DNA of 64,000 nt, taken from the NCBI GenBank assembly GCA_020137815.1, contig CM035353.1, positions 8,432,001 to 8,496,000 of the forward strand. Direction: 5' to 3'. The position numbers were made by a program, and so were the translations under genes. Shown here piece after piece: positions 1 to 23,711 of this stretch. The notes beneath the pieces were generated by a model. The model had not been told where the DNA came from, did not search any database, and saw only the letters and a program-made list of their open reading frames with translations. The DNA is from Hormiphora californensis (Eukaryota; Animalia; Ctenophora). Numbering within the stretch: position 1 is the first letter of the stretch; every line of letters begins with the position of its first letter.

Positions 1-532
1 CATCTTGATACATCTGGAGACTAGACCCGAGTACAGCTGACAGGGTTAAAATAAATGAGTGCACTTTGAGCATTAGAAACGAATATATTTAGGCGAAAAG
101 TGAAAAAAGCAGCTGAGCACTGAACGGCATTGGCATGCACACTAGAGAGATCTAGAAAGTAGAAAGATAGTGAGATGATGAGAGAGAGAGAGAGAGAGAG
201 AGAAAGAAAGAGAGAGAGTGTGATAGTGCGAGAGCGGGGTCGAGTAAGCGTAGAGGAGTAAGAAGTCACAGTCACGCACTACAAATCTTGTTTCTCTGTT
301 CAATAGGAGTTTCAAATTGTTTTATGTCTGATACTGGCATTTAGTTTTAGTATTTTGTTTGTAAGAGATAGTGTTAGAGGAGGAGAGGGGGAAAAGAGAA
401 GGAGAGAGACGATGCGAGCCCGTGACCTCTCCAGCATATTTTCAAGCGTCACTAAGGTTACTATTTAGTATTTAACTATCGTGATCCTAACTTCCTCACT
501 CACATGTCATTGACGTAAAGAGGAGGAAGAGA

Positions 533-761
<229 letters not shown>

Positions 762-1212
762 TAGGAAACGACCCCAGGAAGATGTGAAACACGCACAAAC
801 AAGATGCAAGCCCCTCCAGTATATTTCCACACGTCCCCCCACACGTCACTATTCACCAATGCAAGGTAACTATCGTGATCTTTATATTCCCTATGATAGT
901 TACCCAATAACCTCCTCGCCTGACATAGACAGAAAGAGAAGGAGGAGAGAGTGGTACCCCATAATCTCTATTATAATTTGGAGATGTCGCGTCGAAGTGG
1001 TGGTCGTTCGTTCAGTGCGTTTCTACGCGACAGTGCTCCTTCATAAAACACTTTATGTGACCAAAGCTGTAAAGCTGTTGCTCACACTTTTGGAACTTCC
1101 AGTGGAAGTTTGTTAATATTTTCGAATGAATTTTAAGATGCCAGTCTTCATGGTTACCAATTCAGTTGCCATGGCAACCGTGTTATTGACGTTGAAAGGG
1201 CGAAAAGAACTG

Positions 1213-1276
1213 CCCGGCGAAGCCGGGTGGGTTGTCAAAAAGCCCTTACTTGAGGCGCACCCAATGGGTGCGCTAG
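1213..1276 (+). mobile_element. Helitron-like 3' terminus
   Basis: Hairpins CCCGGCGAAGCCGGG and GCGCACCCAATGGGTGCGC, followed directly by CTAG-T. Confidence 0.45.
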
Positions 1277-1500
1277 TTAATTATAATTAGGGTACCAACC
1301 ATGCCATGTTGTAGGTCGGACCACCACTCATCAGCAGTTAAAATCCCTAAAACTATCTCTGGAGCTAGTCCAACAAAAGGAACTGAGAATGATGATGATA
1401 TGGCCGAATATGGGATAACGTATATTATTATTTCATGAGAAACACGGCTCCCCCTTTGTGTTCTGACGTAAATCAGACGGATGAAGTAGGGGAGATGGGA

Positions 1501-1594
<94 letters not shown>

Positions 1595-3885
1595 TTAGTT
1601 GTATAAAGATGTGAACTATAGCAGCTCCACATCCAGGGCCAGCACAAATTTGAGAGAAGGGTTCAATCTCATTACGCCAAGTGAGTATGGCAAAATCTTG
1701 GCACAAAAAAGGGTGAAAAATGTGCTACATTAAATTCTGAAGCTCTATGTGCTGCCCAGGTTTGTTAGGTTCCGGGGTATCGAATTATAATATATCCGGG
1801 TTGTCCAACATGCCATGATAGCACCCTTGGGTTCCTATCTCACCCAGAGACACTTGGAATACGACCAATATACCTAGAATATGGGGCTTTCACATCTCTC
1901 TCTCAACTAGTGTTGTTTATGTAACACGGTCATGCGATATTCACTGTCACTTGTCACGGGTCATTGACAGTCAATTGAACATCTGTAATGCGTAAGATGT
2001 GGCCATACGAGACCTGACTAATTACTTAACATGGCTAGACAGTGTCCTAAAGACAAGTTCTTCAAACACCGGCAACAACATGGGACCTAATTAGGGTGTT
2101 ATAAAACCCACGCAGTAGTTAGCGTGTATCCAGTGTGTAGCCTCATTAGGGGGGAATAGCAAGCACCCTTATACAGTTAGTGTAACAGTTAACTACACTT
2201 CCTGAAGATGTGTATGTATCGTATATCCTGAAGATACAATAATATTTGCATAATTGGCACTATTAAATGATCTTATATCTGATAAGGAGTAGAACTTTCA
2301 CAGAATGATAGATCGATAGAGTGAGAATTAGTTAGAGAGTTAGATAGTGGTTAGTTGGCTGAGAGCCCTTTATACCCCCACGTTATAATACAACCCAGTG
2401 ATTGACAGAGCTATCTAAATAGAGGGGGTGACAGTGCTTCTAAATACATAGAACAATCCCACGAACAGAATCAACATGGACTACCAAGAAAAGGGGGTGA
2501 TTGTACTTTGAAATGGAGCGGTGAATGAAGGACGAAAGGGGGGGGGTTTGAAGTGAATAAAACAGTACACAATGTTCAATATATATTCATTATGTTCGTG
2601 CGTGTAAACACTACGAGAACACACACACAAAAACACTAAAAACAGATCTACACACATCTCCACATGGTACAAAAATGAGAAAATAGACACAAGTATAACA
2701 TAAACTATATATCGTGTACATTGATTCAACTAAATAACACTGTGTACAAACCTGGTTGTGTTGATTGTAGCTGCCATGTGCCCCATACTGATTCTGTTCT
2801 GTAGGGAGTTAGAGAGAGGGTGTTAAACAGAGTGGAACAATGAAATAGAGGTGGTGAGAAAGATGAAATAGAAGGAGCAGCAGAAATCTCACAATAGTTT
2901 TTAAAACTGTTACAAATTTGGAATAAATTACCTCTCCTACTGTCCCTATTATACGGGCGATTGCCGCTGTGATTTGTTGCCATATTTTGAGTTGTGTTGT
3001 GTTTTAAAACTGCCGGTACACTTGGTGCCGGGGGTGCGCTCAATTACTCCGATGAGTTCACCCAAGTTTAAACAGACATCACGATTAGCTCTTCCTTTCA
3101 GACGTAGAGCTCTCAAATAAATGTATTCACTACAGGGGGATACAGGGTGTCACAACAAACTATACAATCATACTATACATACAGCTAATGTACACGCAAT
3201 TTAGGGTAGTACAGTGAAAGGAACGAGAAATCAACGCTTGCACAGTGTGCAGTTGGTCAGCCTGCTTCTGGCGCGCAAAGTTACCTCACCTCGATGCAGC
3301 TTCTCATTTTGAAAGTATAAAAAGCCGCGCAGTAGTAACGCGCAAATCAATGATATCGACGCGCAACGACGCGCGACCAAAAATCCTTCAAATTAAATTC
3401 AAAATTTGCGTTCTTAAAAATTTCCACGCAGTTTGCAAATTTTTCCCAAGAATTTTGAAATTTCTAACTCTTTTAGTCTCCTTTCAAGGATGGCGCTGGG
3501 CCGCAGACCCAGCAAGTCCCTGGGTAGTACCCAGGACCAGGGGTGGCACATCTAGTCAGGAGGTATGGAAGTGAGACTCCCAAGGAGTGGGGTGCAGACT
3601 CCAGGGTCGCAGCCCCGACGGGGGTGCAGGTGTAGGGCTGGATACTTCTCGTACCCAGGGAAGGGAGGCTCTGCAAGGAGGTGACACCGGTGCAGCATCT
3701 GTGAAAAGATATTTACAAGATTGCAAGGGCACGGGGCAAGCAGGGTCAAGGGGATGCCAAACCTGTATTGGCGAGGCTAGAGTGCCCCTCCTCTTCGAAC
3801 TCTGTCGCTATAATGGGGGCTCGACGAATGTGTTCCGACACACAAAATGCAATTTAGATTTATTAACCCTCCTTGTAATTTTAGA

Positions 3886-15767
<11,882 letters not shown>

Positions 15768-15834
15768 ATCCTTTTTCCACTTTCTCTCTCTGTGTATGTT
15801 CATTTCTTTCTTACTATTACTTTCTGCCCATACA

Positions 15835-16066
15835 AAACACCCGTGTTTCACTTTGCACACAGACAACTACCGCTGTAGCCCCGCAGAAAATAGCCGTACT
15901 GGACAAGCCGCGGTCACACTTTTACCGATACATTGTTGTTGGGCGCGGTGCAATGAGAGGGGGACTCTCCGCGCGCGTGCTAATTCAACCGCGCGCTCAA
16001 TCTGGCTTCATTCCAGGGCGCTGACAAGGGGCTACGGCAGTACAAATCATGAAAACAGGGTCTTTA
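15835..16066. mobile_element. Degenerate MITE between the convergent TTI1 and RB1CC1 3' ends
   Basis: Imperfect inverted ends AAACACCCGTGTTTCA/TGAAAACAGGGTCTTT and CTACCGCTGTAGCCCC/GGGGCTACGGCAGT. Confidence 0.5.
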
Positions 16067-16349
16067 AATTGGAAATTGAATTACAGATAGAACAAGGTAG
16101 ATCACTTCATAAAATCAACCCCAGCCACTTTTCAGATACTATCTATCTTTCTCTCGTGGCTTACATACAAATAAAGTCCAAAAACCAAAGTGTCACTTGT
16201 CACAATCTACAATCTCTTCTTCTGCTACAATCTCTGTTTGACTAACATTCCGGTGAAAACCCACCAAACCCACTAATAGTTCTTTGTTTCACACCAACTG
16301 GCTAAATTACTGACATGTCAGACCAGTGCTCTGACTGACATTATTATCA

Positions 16350-19300
16350 TCACGAGTTCTCCTCCCCAACAGCTGCTGTAGATGCACTTGCAGTAGATGC
16401 ACCTGTAGATGAGGTAGATGCAGATGCTCTCTGCTGGGCGTATACCCTGTAAAACTTCCTTCCTTCAGGCACTTTAAATCTGTTGTTTTGTTTTCGTGCT
16501 TGACAGAACTCCTTGTCTTTTATCACACCAATCGCCCAGGGTTTTCGGCTTGGCCCCTCAAGACTAAACAGAGTAGTTAGGGGGTTAGAATAAGCACATT
16601 TTAGTTTTGCTAAGTGGTACGTGATACTATCTTTGAGTGTAGAAATGTATTATTACCTGAGTCCCAGTGCACCTAGATTGTCTGGATGTAGGAAGTATTG
16701 GTACTCTGTTGCACACACGTTAGCTACTAGGTAGTTGCACTTGCTCTCGTCGTAGTAGAAAAACACGTGGTCACCTAGTGGGGAGGGGAGGGGGTTACAC
16801 CACAATGTGGGGAGGGGAGGGGGTTACACCACAATGTGGGGAGGGAGGTTAGTAGTTACACAACAATGTAAGAAGAGGGCTACACATCAAGTAGTGGGGA
16901 GGAGGGGTACAAAACAAAATGGGGGGAGTAAAAGCGTGTCAAGTAGATAGTTCCATGTAGTATTGTTAGAGCATTGGCCTGACAGCTGCAGTAGTATAGG
17001 GAAGAAGAATTGTACCTCGTTGGAATTGTGTCACGGCTATCTCCATACACCTTGCCTTTAGTGCTCTAAGATCCTTGTTCTCAGCCTCTAACTGCCTCAC
17101 CCTCTCACCCAGGTTTACATCCCCCTCATCTCCTTCCATTTCCTGGTCAGGTACAGACTCTGTAGTGGTGGTGGTGGCTCTATTGGCTGTAGCTTCCTCC
17201 AACTGTTGGGCGTATGTCTCACGTAGTGCTGTCAATTCCTCAGCAGCCCTCTATCAAGGGGAGGGGTTAGGGAGGTATTCAGTGTTTTAATATGCCCCAT
17301 TCTCTACATGTGGCGATTAGATACTCAGGGCGATACTTACAGTTTTCACGTTTTTAAGATCCCGTTCACTCTCCATCTGGGCCATTCTCAATAACTCCTT
17401 GTACTCCTCTAGCGACGCAGTGAGTTCCTGGACCTGAAGATAATTTGTTATACTAAGGTTCGGAGAGGGCAGTCTTTAGTGAGACAAAGGAAGTGAGGTT
17501 GAGAATGTTAGAGGATATACCTTAGCTTCAGATAGGGATAGATTTGCTATCTTTTTGGAATTGTCATCAGCTATCTTTTCTATTGTCTCCTCCAGCTGTC
17601 CCCTATCTAGCTTCGTGTTACGTTCTAAGTCCTGTATAATCTACAAGGGTAACAGTTGGTGAGGATCATGGCATTCTAGCACTATCAAACAAGATCAGAC
17701 CCCCCTCTCTTAGAACATAACAAACTCTTTACCTTGTCCATCTCGACCCACTCTCTACAAAATGTAACTGTTTACCTTGTCCTTCTCTAAACGAAGTTTC
17801 TCCAACTCAAATGTCTTCTCCTTGTCTTTCTTGTGCTCTATTTCTAGTCGGAGGTTGGTTAGCTGCTGTCTGTGTTGTTCTGTAATTGTCTGGTTGCTTC
17901 TAACCAGGTCCACCTCCCTCTGAAACAAAACACGTGGTGAAAATAGATAATAGCTAATGGGGTCTAGGGAGTTTGGTATCATTACAATCGTTACATGTTC
18001 ACTATAATATACCTGTATACTCTTGACAGCTTCGTCCTTATCAGCGATGGATTTGTTAGCCTCCATGAGTTGTCTCTCCAACTTTTCTAAACTATCCTGC
18101 AACTCTTTCTTATCGTTCTTCCACCCTGGGGAGAGGGGGAGGGTTTGACACCCTTACACCGTGTCTAGCTGCCCATTGGACAAATACAGAGCGGAAAAGG
18201 AACTGTCACCATGAAATCTTACCTCGTGACTGTAATTTAAACGTCTCGTTCTCAGACTTGAGGGTGCTGATTCTAGTGTCTTTCTCACAGGCTAGTTTCT
18301 GGAAGGTAGCTCGTTCCTCTTTCACTGCCTCCATCTCCACCATCTTCCCCTTCATCTCCAACTGGAGGCTTTCCATTGTCTTTTGCAGCCTTGTTATTTC
18401 TTCTTGCATCTGCGACACGAGAGTATAATGTGAGAACTAAATGGTGGGGTCGCGCCTGCTGGAAAGAAATCTGTACCGAAAGGACCGTGCCTGAATCAGC
18501 ACTTTGCCGGAAAAATGAATATTAACCTGGACAACGCTCTCTTCTAATTCCTTGTTTGCGTCTGTCAGATTGTTCTCCCTTTCCTCAGCCCTCTGTAGGT
18601 CTCCTTCCAGTTTGAGACACCTTGCCAGTGACTCTGCGGAGGATGCAGCCATGGCAGGATCTATCACTGGTAGGGATGCCTGGGTGGATGCCTCGCTTGT
18701 TGGGGGGTTGGGGCGGGGAGTTGGTACTGTCAGATCCTGAAAAACTCTTCTTGCAAGTCCCTTCAAAAACGAAATTGGTGCGGCACGCATTCCCCCGCAC
18801 TCCCCCGTCTCCGACTAACTGTTTGTGACAATTATGCAGCAGTTGTTTGTGACAATTATGCAGCAGTTGCAGTACAGTTTTGGACCAGGTGTGACACTCG
18901 CTTGTTGGACATTTTTCTTGTTATTCTTGTTATCGCCCTCGTGTATAATAGGCGTCAGTTGCTCACAGGTCGGCCGCTAAGTTCACTTCACTGGGTAGTG
19001 TGCTCCATATAATTGACGCTCTATATAATGAGTTGTGGTGCTTCGTCATGACTGACTTTTGAGTGATTGTGGGACAGGTTGGGATTAAAAATCCTCACCC
19101 CCCCCCCCCCCGAGTTGTTATGTTTTAACCCTCCGTTTACATTTCGGGGGCAGGGCACGCGAAACAATCTAGCTATGCAACCCCCGATCTGGTGATGTTG
19201 AACAAGCGGCCTAGCGGATGCCGCTTTGACTGACTTTCAACTTTGCCATTAGCCATTTTCAGCGTTTTGGGCAATATTTTTCGCCGCTGTGTAGTTCTTA

Positions 19301-22300
19301 ATTCAGTAAAATGTGTGATTGTATTGAGGGTCTCTACCCTCTGATCTTGTTATCGGAACGTATATTTGTAATGCGTGTTATCAGAACTGTACCAACTACC
19401 GCATCTACCTGTGCAGTGTGGACTAATAAATTAAGGTTGGCATGACGAAATACCTTTGAGATGAGCCCTTTAGCCCACGATTTGTATCGGTTAGAGAACT
19501 TGTTCCGTCTGGCAACCTCCCCCAGGCACATACAGTACAACCTTGGTGCAATATTGATTTGTTCCAACACTGCGAACCTTCTCTTTACTCGGGTTAGATT
19601 CTCGCAGACCATTGTTAACCGACCATCACTGTTCAGGATGTTCTTCTGGCAGTGCATCACCCAGGTTAGCCGGATCAACAGGTTCTGACACAGCTCCTGG
19701 AAAGGAGGGATGGGGTCTTATTAGGGGATGGGATGGGGTGTAAGCCGGATCAACAGGTTCTGACACAGCTCCTGGAAAGGAGGGATGGGGTCTTATTAGG
19801 GGATGGGATGGGGTGTAAGTCGGATCAACAGGTTCTGACACAGCTCCTGGAAAGGAGGGATGGGGTCTTATTAGGGGATGGGATGGGGTGTAAGTCGGAT
19901 CAACAAGTTCTGACACAGCTCCTGGAAAGGAGGGATGGGGTCTTATTAAGGGATGGGATGGGGTGTAAGTCGGATCAACAAGTTCTGACACAGCTCCTGG
20001 AAAGGAGGGATGGGGTCACTCTTATTAGGGGATGGGATGGGGTGTAAGTCGGATCAACAAGTTCTGACACAGCTCCTGGAAAGGAGGGATGGGGTCTTAT
20101 TAGGGGATGGGATGGGGTGTAGTCGGATCAACAAGGTTCTGAACACAGCTCCTGGAAAGGAGGGATGGGGTCTTATTAGGGGATGGGATGGGGTGTAAGT
20201 CGGATCAACAAGTTCTGACACAGCTCCTGGAAAGGAGGGATGGGGTCTTATTAGGGGATGGGATGGGGTGTAAGTCGGATCAACAAGTTCTGACACAGCT
20301 CCTGGAAAGGAGGGATGGGGTCTTATTAGGGGATGGGATGGGGTGTAAGTCGGATCAACAAGTTCTGACACAGCTCCTGGAAAGGAGGGATGGGGTCTTA
20401 TTAGGGGATGGGATGGGGTGTAAGTCGGATCAACAAGTTCTGACACAGCTCCTGGAAAGGAGGGATGGGGTCTTATTAGGGGATGGGATGGGGTGTAAGT
20501 CGGATCACAGGTTCTGACACAGCTCCTGGAAAGGAGGGATGGGGTCTTATTAGGGGATGGGATGGGGTGTAAGTCGGATCAACAAGTTCTGACACAGCTC
20601 CTGGAAAGGAGGGGGTGTTTTTGAGGGTCCGATTTGTTGAAAGTTATCTCAGTTATTTGACAGTTTAAAACCAGCCAAAAACCAAATTACATCAAATTAC
20701 ATTGCACCTACCACTTTAGCATTAGCGAATTTGGAGTGGTATTGTATCAGCTGTCTATTGTTACTGTGAAGTCTCTGGAGCTGTTCCCGGTGTGCGGTTA
20801 TCAGGTCAGACAACACACTGACATCACCCTGGGCCATGAAGTTCTCCTGCTGGCTCCTGATCGCTGGGAGAGAGAGGGAGAGGGATGGGAGAGAGAGAGA
20901 GAGAGAAGATCGAAGCGATAGAGAGAGAGAGATCTATAGAGAGAGAGATAGATCGAGATTAGATCAGGGAGCGAAGATCGATAGAGAGAGAGAGAGAGCG
21001 TAGAATCCCCGAGCGCTCGCCTCTCTCTCTCGCGCGTCTCGCTCTCTCTCTCTCTCGATCTCCTCCGATCTGCTCGCCTCTCTAGATAGAGAGAGAGAGA
21101 TAGAGAGATGAAGATAGAGAGAGAGGAGATATGGTACGACGTTTGTATACTCACTGTTTGCATTAGCCGCCTGTTCTTCACAAATCTTCTCAGTTTGTAA
21201 AATGAGATTCTGCAGGGTAAGTAGACGCTCCTCAAGACCTCGGATATCTCTCATACCTGTGAGATATCATTGTAAATAAATAACTCTGGTTTTATTAACT
21301 AATAGCGAGGTATTAATCTTATTGTTTTGTTCAAACGCGTGGGGGGGGGGGGAGTGGGTCGAGTAAGGGATGGGTCCTGGTTACCGCCTGGTTACCCCTT
21401 GTTATCACCTAGTTACCCAACTGTTATACCTGGTGCCTGAAGGTCCATCTTCACCTTCTCCACATCCTCCTCTACACGGGGTAGGAAGGAGTTATTAATC
21501 TGGTCCATTGCTCTGCTACACTGCATGACTAGAGATCTGAGAGAGTTCTGGGTATCCTGGGCCTCGATCCAGTGTAACAGGGATATAAACTCCTGAGAGG
21601 GAGGGAGAGAGAGAGGGGTGTGAGATGGACCTGAAGGTATGGTAAATCAGGGCGGGATATGAAGGGTGTATACAACTTACAATGCCCCCAATATATATCA
21701 GGAAACTCATTACCTTCTCTTTATCGAATGGTCCGCCTAATCCCGGCACAGAGGGAGTGTGGGCAAGATCTGTACTGCTGGGTGAGGCACCAGGATCGGG
21801 AGCCCTCATACTCTCCGTTAATACCCAGACCCTGGTCACGAGTCAACCTGGGAGGAGGAGGGGGTTTTATTAGTATCCCGTTGAATCTGGCCGCTTATGG
21901 ATAGCTCATTATTATTATTCTCTGATATCACTCACCGGAATACTATCTAGCATAGTTGCTACTGCGCATCTTGTTGAGTATTCCCTGTGCTAGTGGTATC
22001 TGGGAGAGGAACCTTTACATCTTCCTCAAACTGTACCAACATCGTACCTGAGAGCGATAGGAGGGGGTCAAGAGAGGGACTCAACATCGTGTGGATAAGA
22101 GTGGATGAAGGGGGGGGGTCAAGAGAGGGAAGGAGAGTGCTAAGAGGAGCGGGTCAAGAACAGAGACGCCCATTATATCAGTACATGGTCCCCCTTGTTC
22201 CTCCCTCCTCCATTTCCACCGGATGAAAGATGTTTTAATATTAAAGCCGGACTATTTGAAACCTACAGAAGTTACACCCCCACACCCTCCACACCCCAAC

Positions 22301-23423
22301 ACCCCTCTCTACCACGTACTGTAGTGTTCCTTGTTTTGAAGGAAAGAGTCGTACAGATCGTGGAACAGTGCCACTCGACGGTTGAATCCTGCCGTTACCC
22401 CATCCAAGTTGTTGATGACAGCTGCCCAACCATTCCTCTGTAACTCCTGATCTTGTACCTGCAGGGATCACATTGTCAAATCAAGGAAGTGGAGGATTGG
22501 GGATCACATTGTCAAATCAAGGGAGTGGAGGATTGGGGTTCACATTGTCAAATCAAGGGAGTGGAGGATTGTGGATCACATTGTCAAATCAAGGGAGTGG
22601 AGGATTGTGGATCACATTGTCAAATCAAGGGAGTGGAGGATTGGGGTTCGCATATTACATCAAGATCTCATACATATCACAGATATACCACATACCAGTT
22701 GTTTAGTTCGGTTGTATATTTCCTCTGAGTATTTCTGATAGTCAGCAGCTAAATCAGCCCCTGCTTTTAGCGTGTCACAGTTCTGGCCATCATTCAGATA
22801 CCGGTCTAGCTTCTCCTGAGGTCGTAGGGTTTGGTTAATTTGTCGTTAAGACCGAACGGGGTGCGAGGGTCAATAATCGTACTTTTCTGAGGTCTATTCG
22901 GAGCTCTAATCAGGCACAAATGGCACTGATTTAGTAAGAGATATATCCAAGAATTGATGAGGGATGTATCTGTATACACTATGTAAACCTGTACAATTAC
23001 CTGTAATCTGGGATCAACAGGCAGGTTACTCTGTGCCTGTACCACGTGACACTCTATATTGCTCTTACTAAAGAGGAACAGTGGCCGCTCTGCAGTTACA
23101 AATTGGTACACACTACACTTTGGATCGAGGGCACGTCCCTGGTATGTCAGCAGCACCTGATGGGAATAGTGGTCATTCTATTTAGGGGAAGGGAAGATGT
23201 GAGTGTCTTCTCGATCCAAAACTCAACCGTACAATATTTAGTCTGATGCTTGATTAAACAGTAAACTAACGTCTAACAATCAATTTAAAATCATTGTTAC
23301 CTGCTTGTCTAGGGGTATATCAGCTAGATTGGAGAGGTGAATCTGGAGCTCATGGACCCTCTTTGAGAGGAGGGCACTGTCTATTTTATAGAGATGCCCA
23401 GAGTCCACTAGAAACACATTCAT
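16350..23423 (-). CDS. RB1CC1: RB1-inducible coiled-coil 1 / FIP200 / Atg11 autophagy scaffold, multi-exon
   Basis: N-terminal exon MNVFLVDSGHLYKIDSALLSKRVHELQIHLSNLADIPLDKQ|VLLTYQGRALDP...ERPLFLFSK. Middle exon ELCQNLLIRLTWVMHCQ...EQINIAPRLYCMCLGEVARR. Coiled-coil exons follow. The C-terminal Atg11/Claw domain reads IAVTQFQRGDHVFFYYDE...YFLHP...KPWAIGVIKDKEFCQARKQNNRFKVPEGRKFYRV. Confidence 0.88.
19667..20612. repeat. 75-bp tandem repeat (~13 copies) duplicating an RB1CC1 3' splice site plus exon start
   Basis: CCTGGAAAGG recurs at 19696, 19771, 19846, 19921 and onward. The minus-strand unit includes tttccag|GAGCTGTGTCAGAAC. Confidence 0.95.
22465..22650. repeat. 33-bp intronic minisatellite (5-6 copies) at an RB1CC1 acceptor
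   Basis: GGATCACATTGTCAAATCAAGGGAGTGGAGGAT repeated. Confidence 0.9.
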
Positions 23424-23711
23424 GGCTGGGGAGGGGAAGTTGTTCCCTCTCTCTCACCACGCTGGGGAGGGATCACTTCAATTCATAGTGCTAAACTGGG
23501 GAGAGCGGGTTCGGAGGGAGTTTGGGAAGTAGTTGGGGCGAGGGGGAGTTGGGGGGGGGGGGGGTAAGGGAAGGAGTTGGGAGGGGAGTTGTTACAAATA
23601 GTGGTGGTTGAATAAGAACAGGAAATACAGTTGTAAAAGGGTAACATCTGAATTCATCAATAAATAAACAACACCAATATAAACATCATAAAAACGTGGT
23701 CCAGGCCTGTG

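Noticed and set aside
3490-3830. RNase MRP/P or telomerase RNA identity for the GC-rich island
   Set aside because: AAGTCCCT and ATGGGGGCTC only loosely resemble CR-I and CR-V, the spacing is wrong, and no telomeric template is present.
16341-16352. Four tandem stop codons TGA TGA TAA TAA after RB1CC1
   Set aside because: Explainable by AT-rich trinucleotide slippage; no evidence of readthrough control.
19626-20517. Repeat-protein ORFs (SELVDPTYTPSHPLIRPHPSFPGAV)n, and a CRISPR-like look
   Set aside because: Off-frame readings of a 75-bp intronic tandem repeat. The units are identical with no unique spacers, and the context is eukaryotic with no cas genes.
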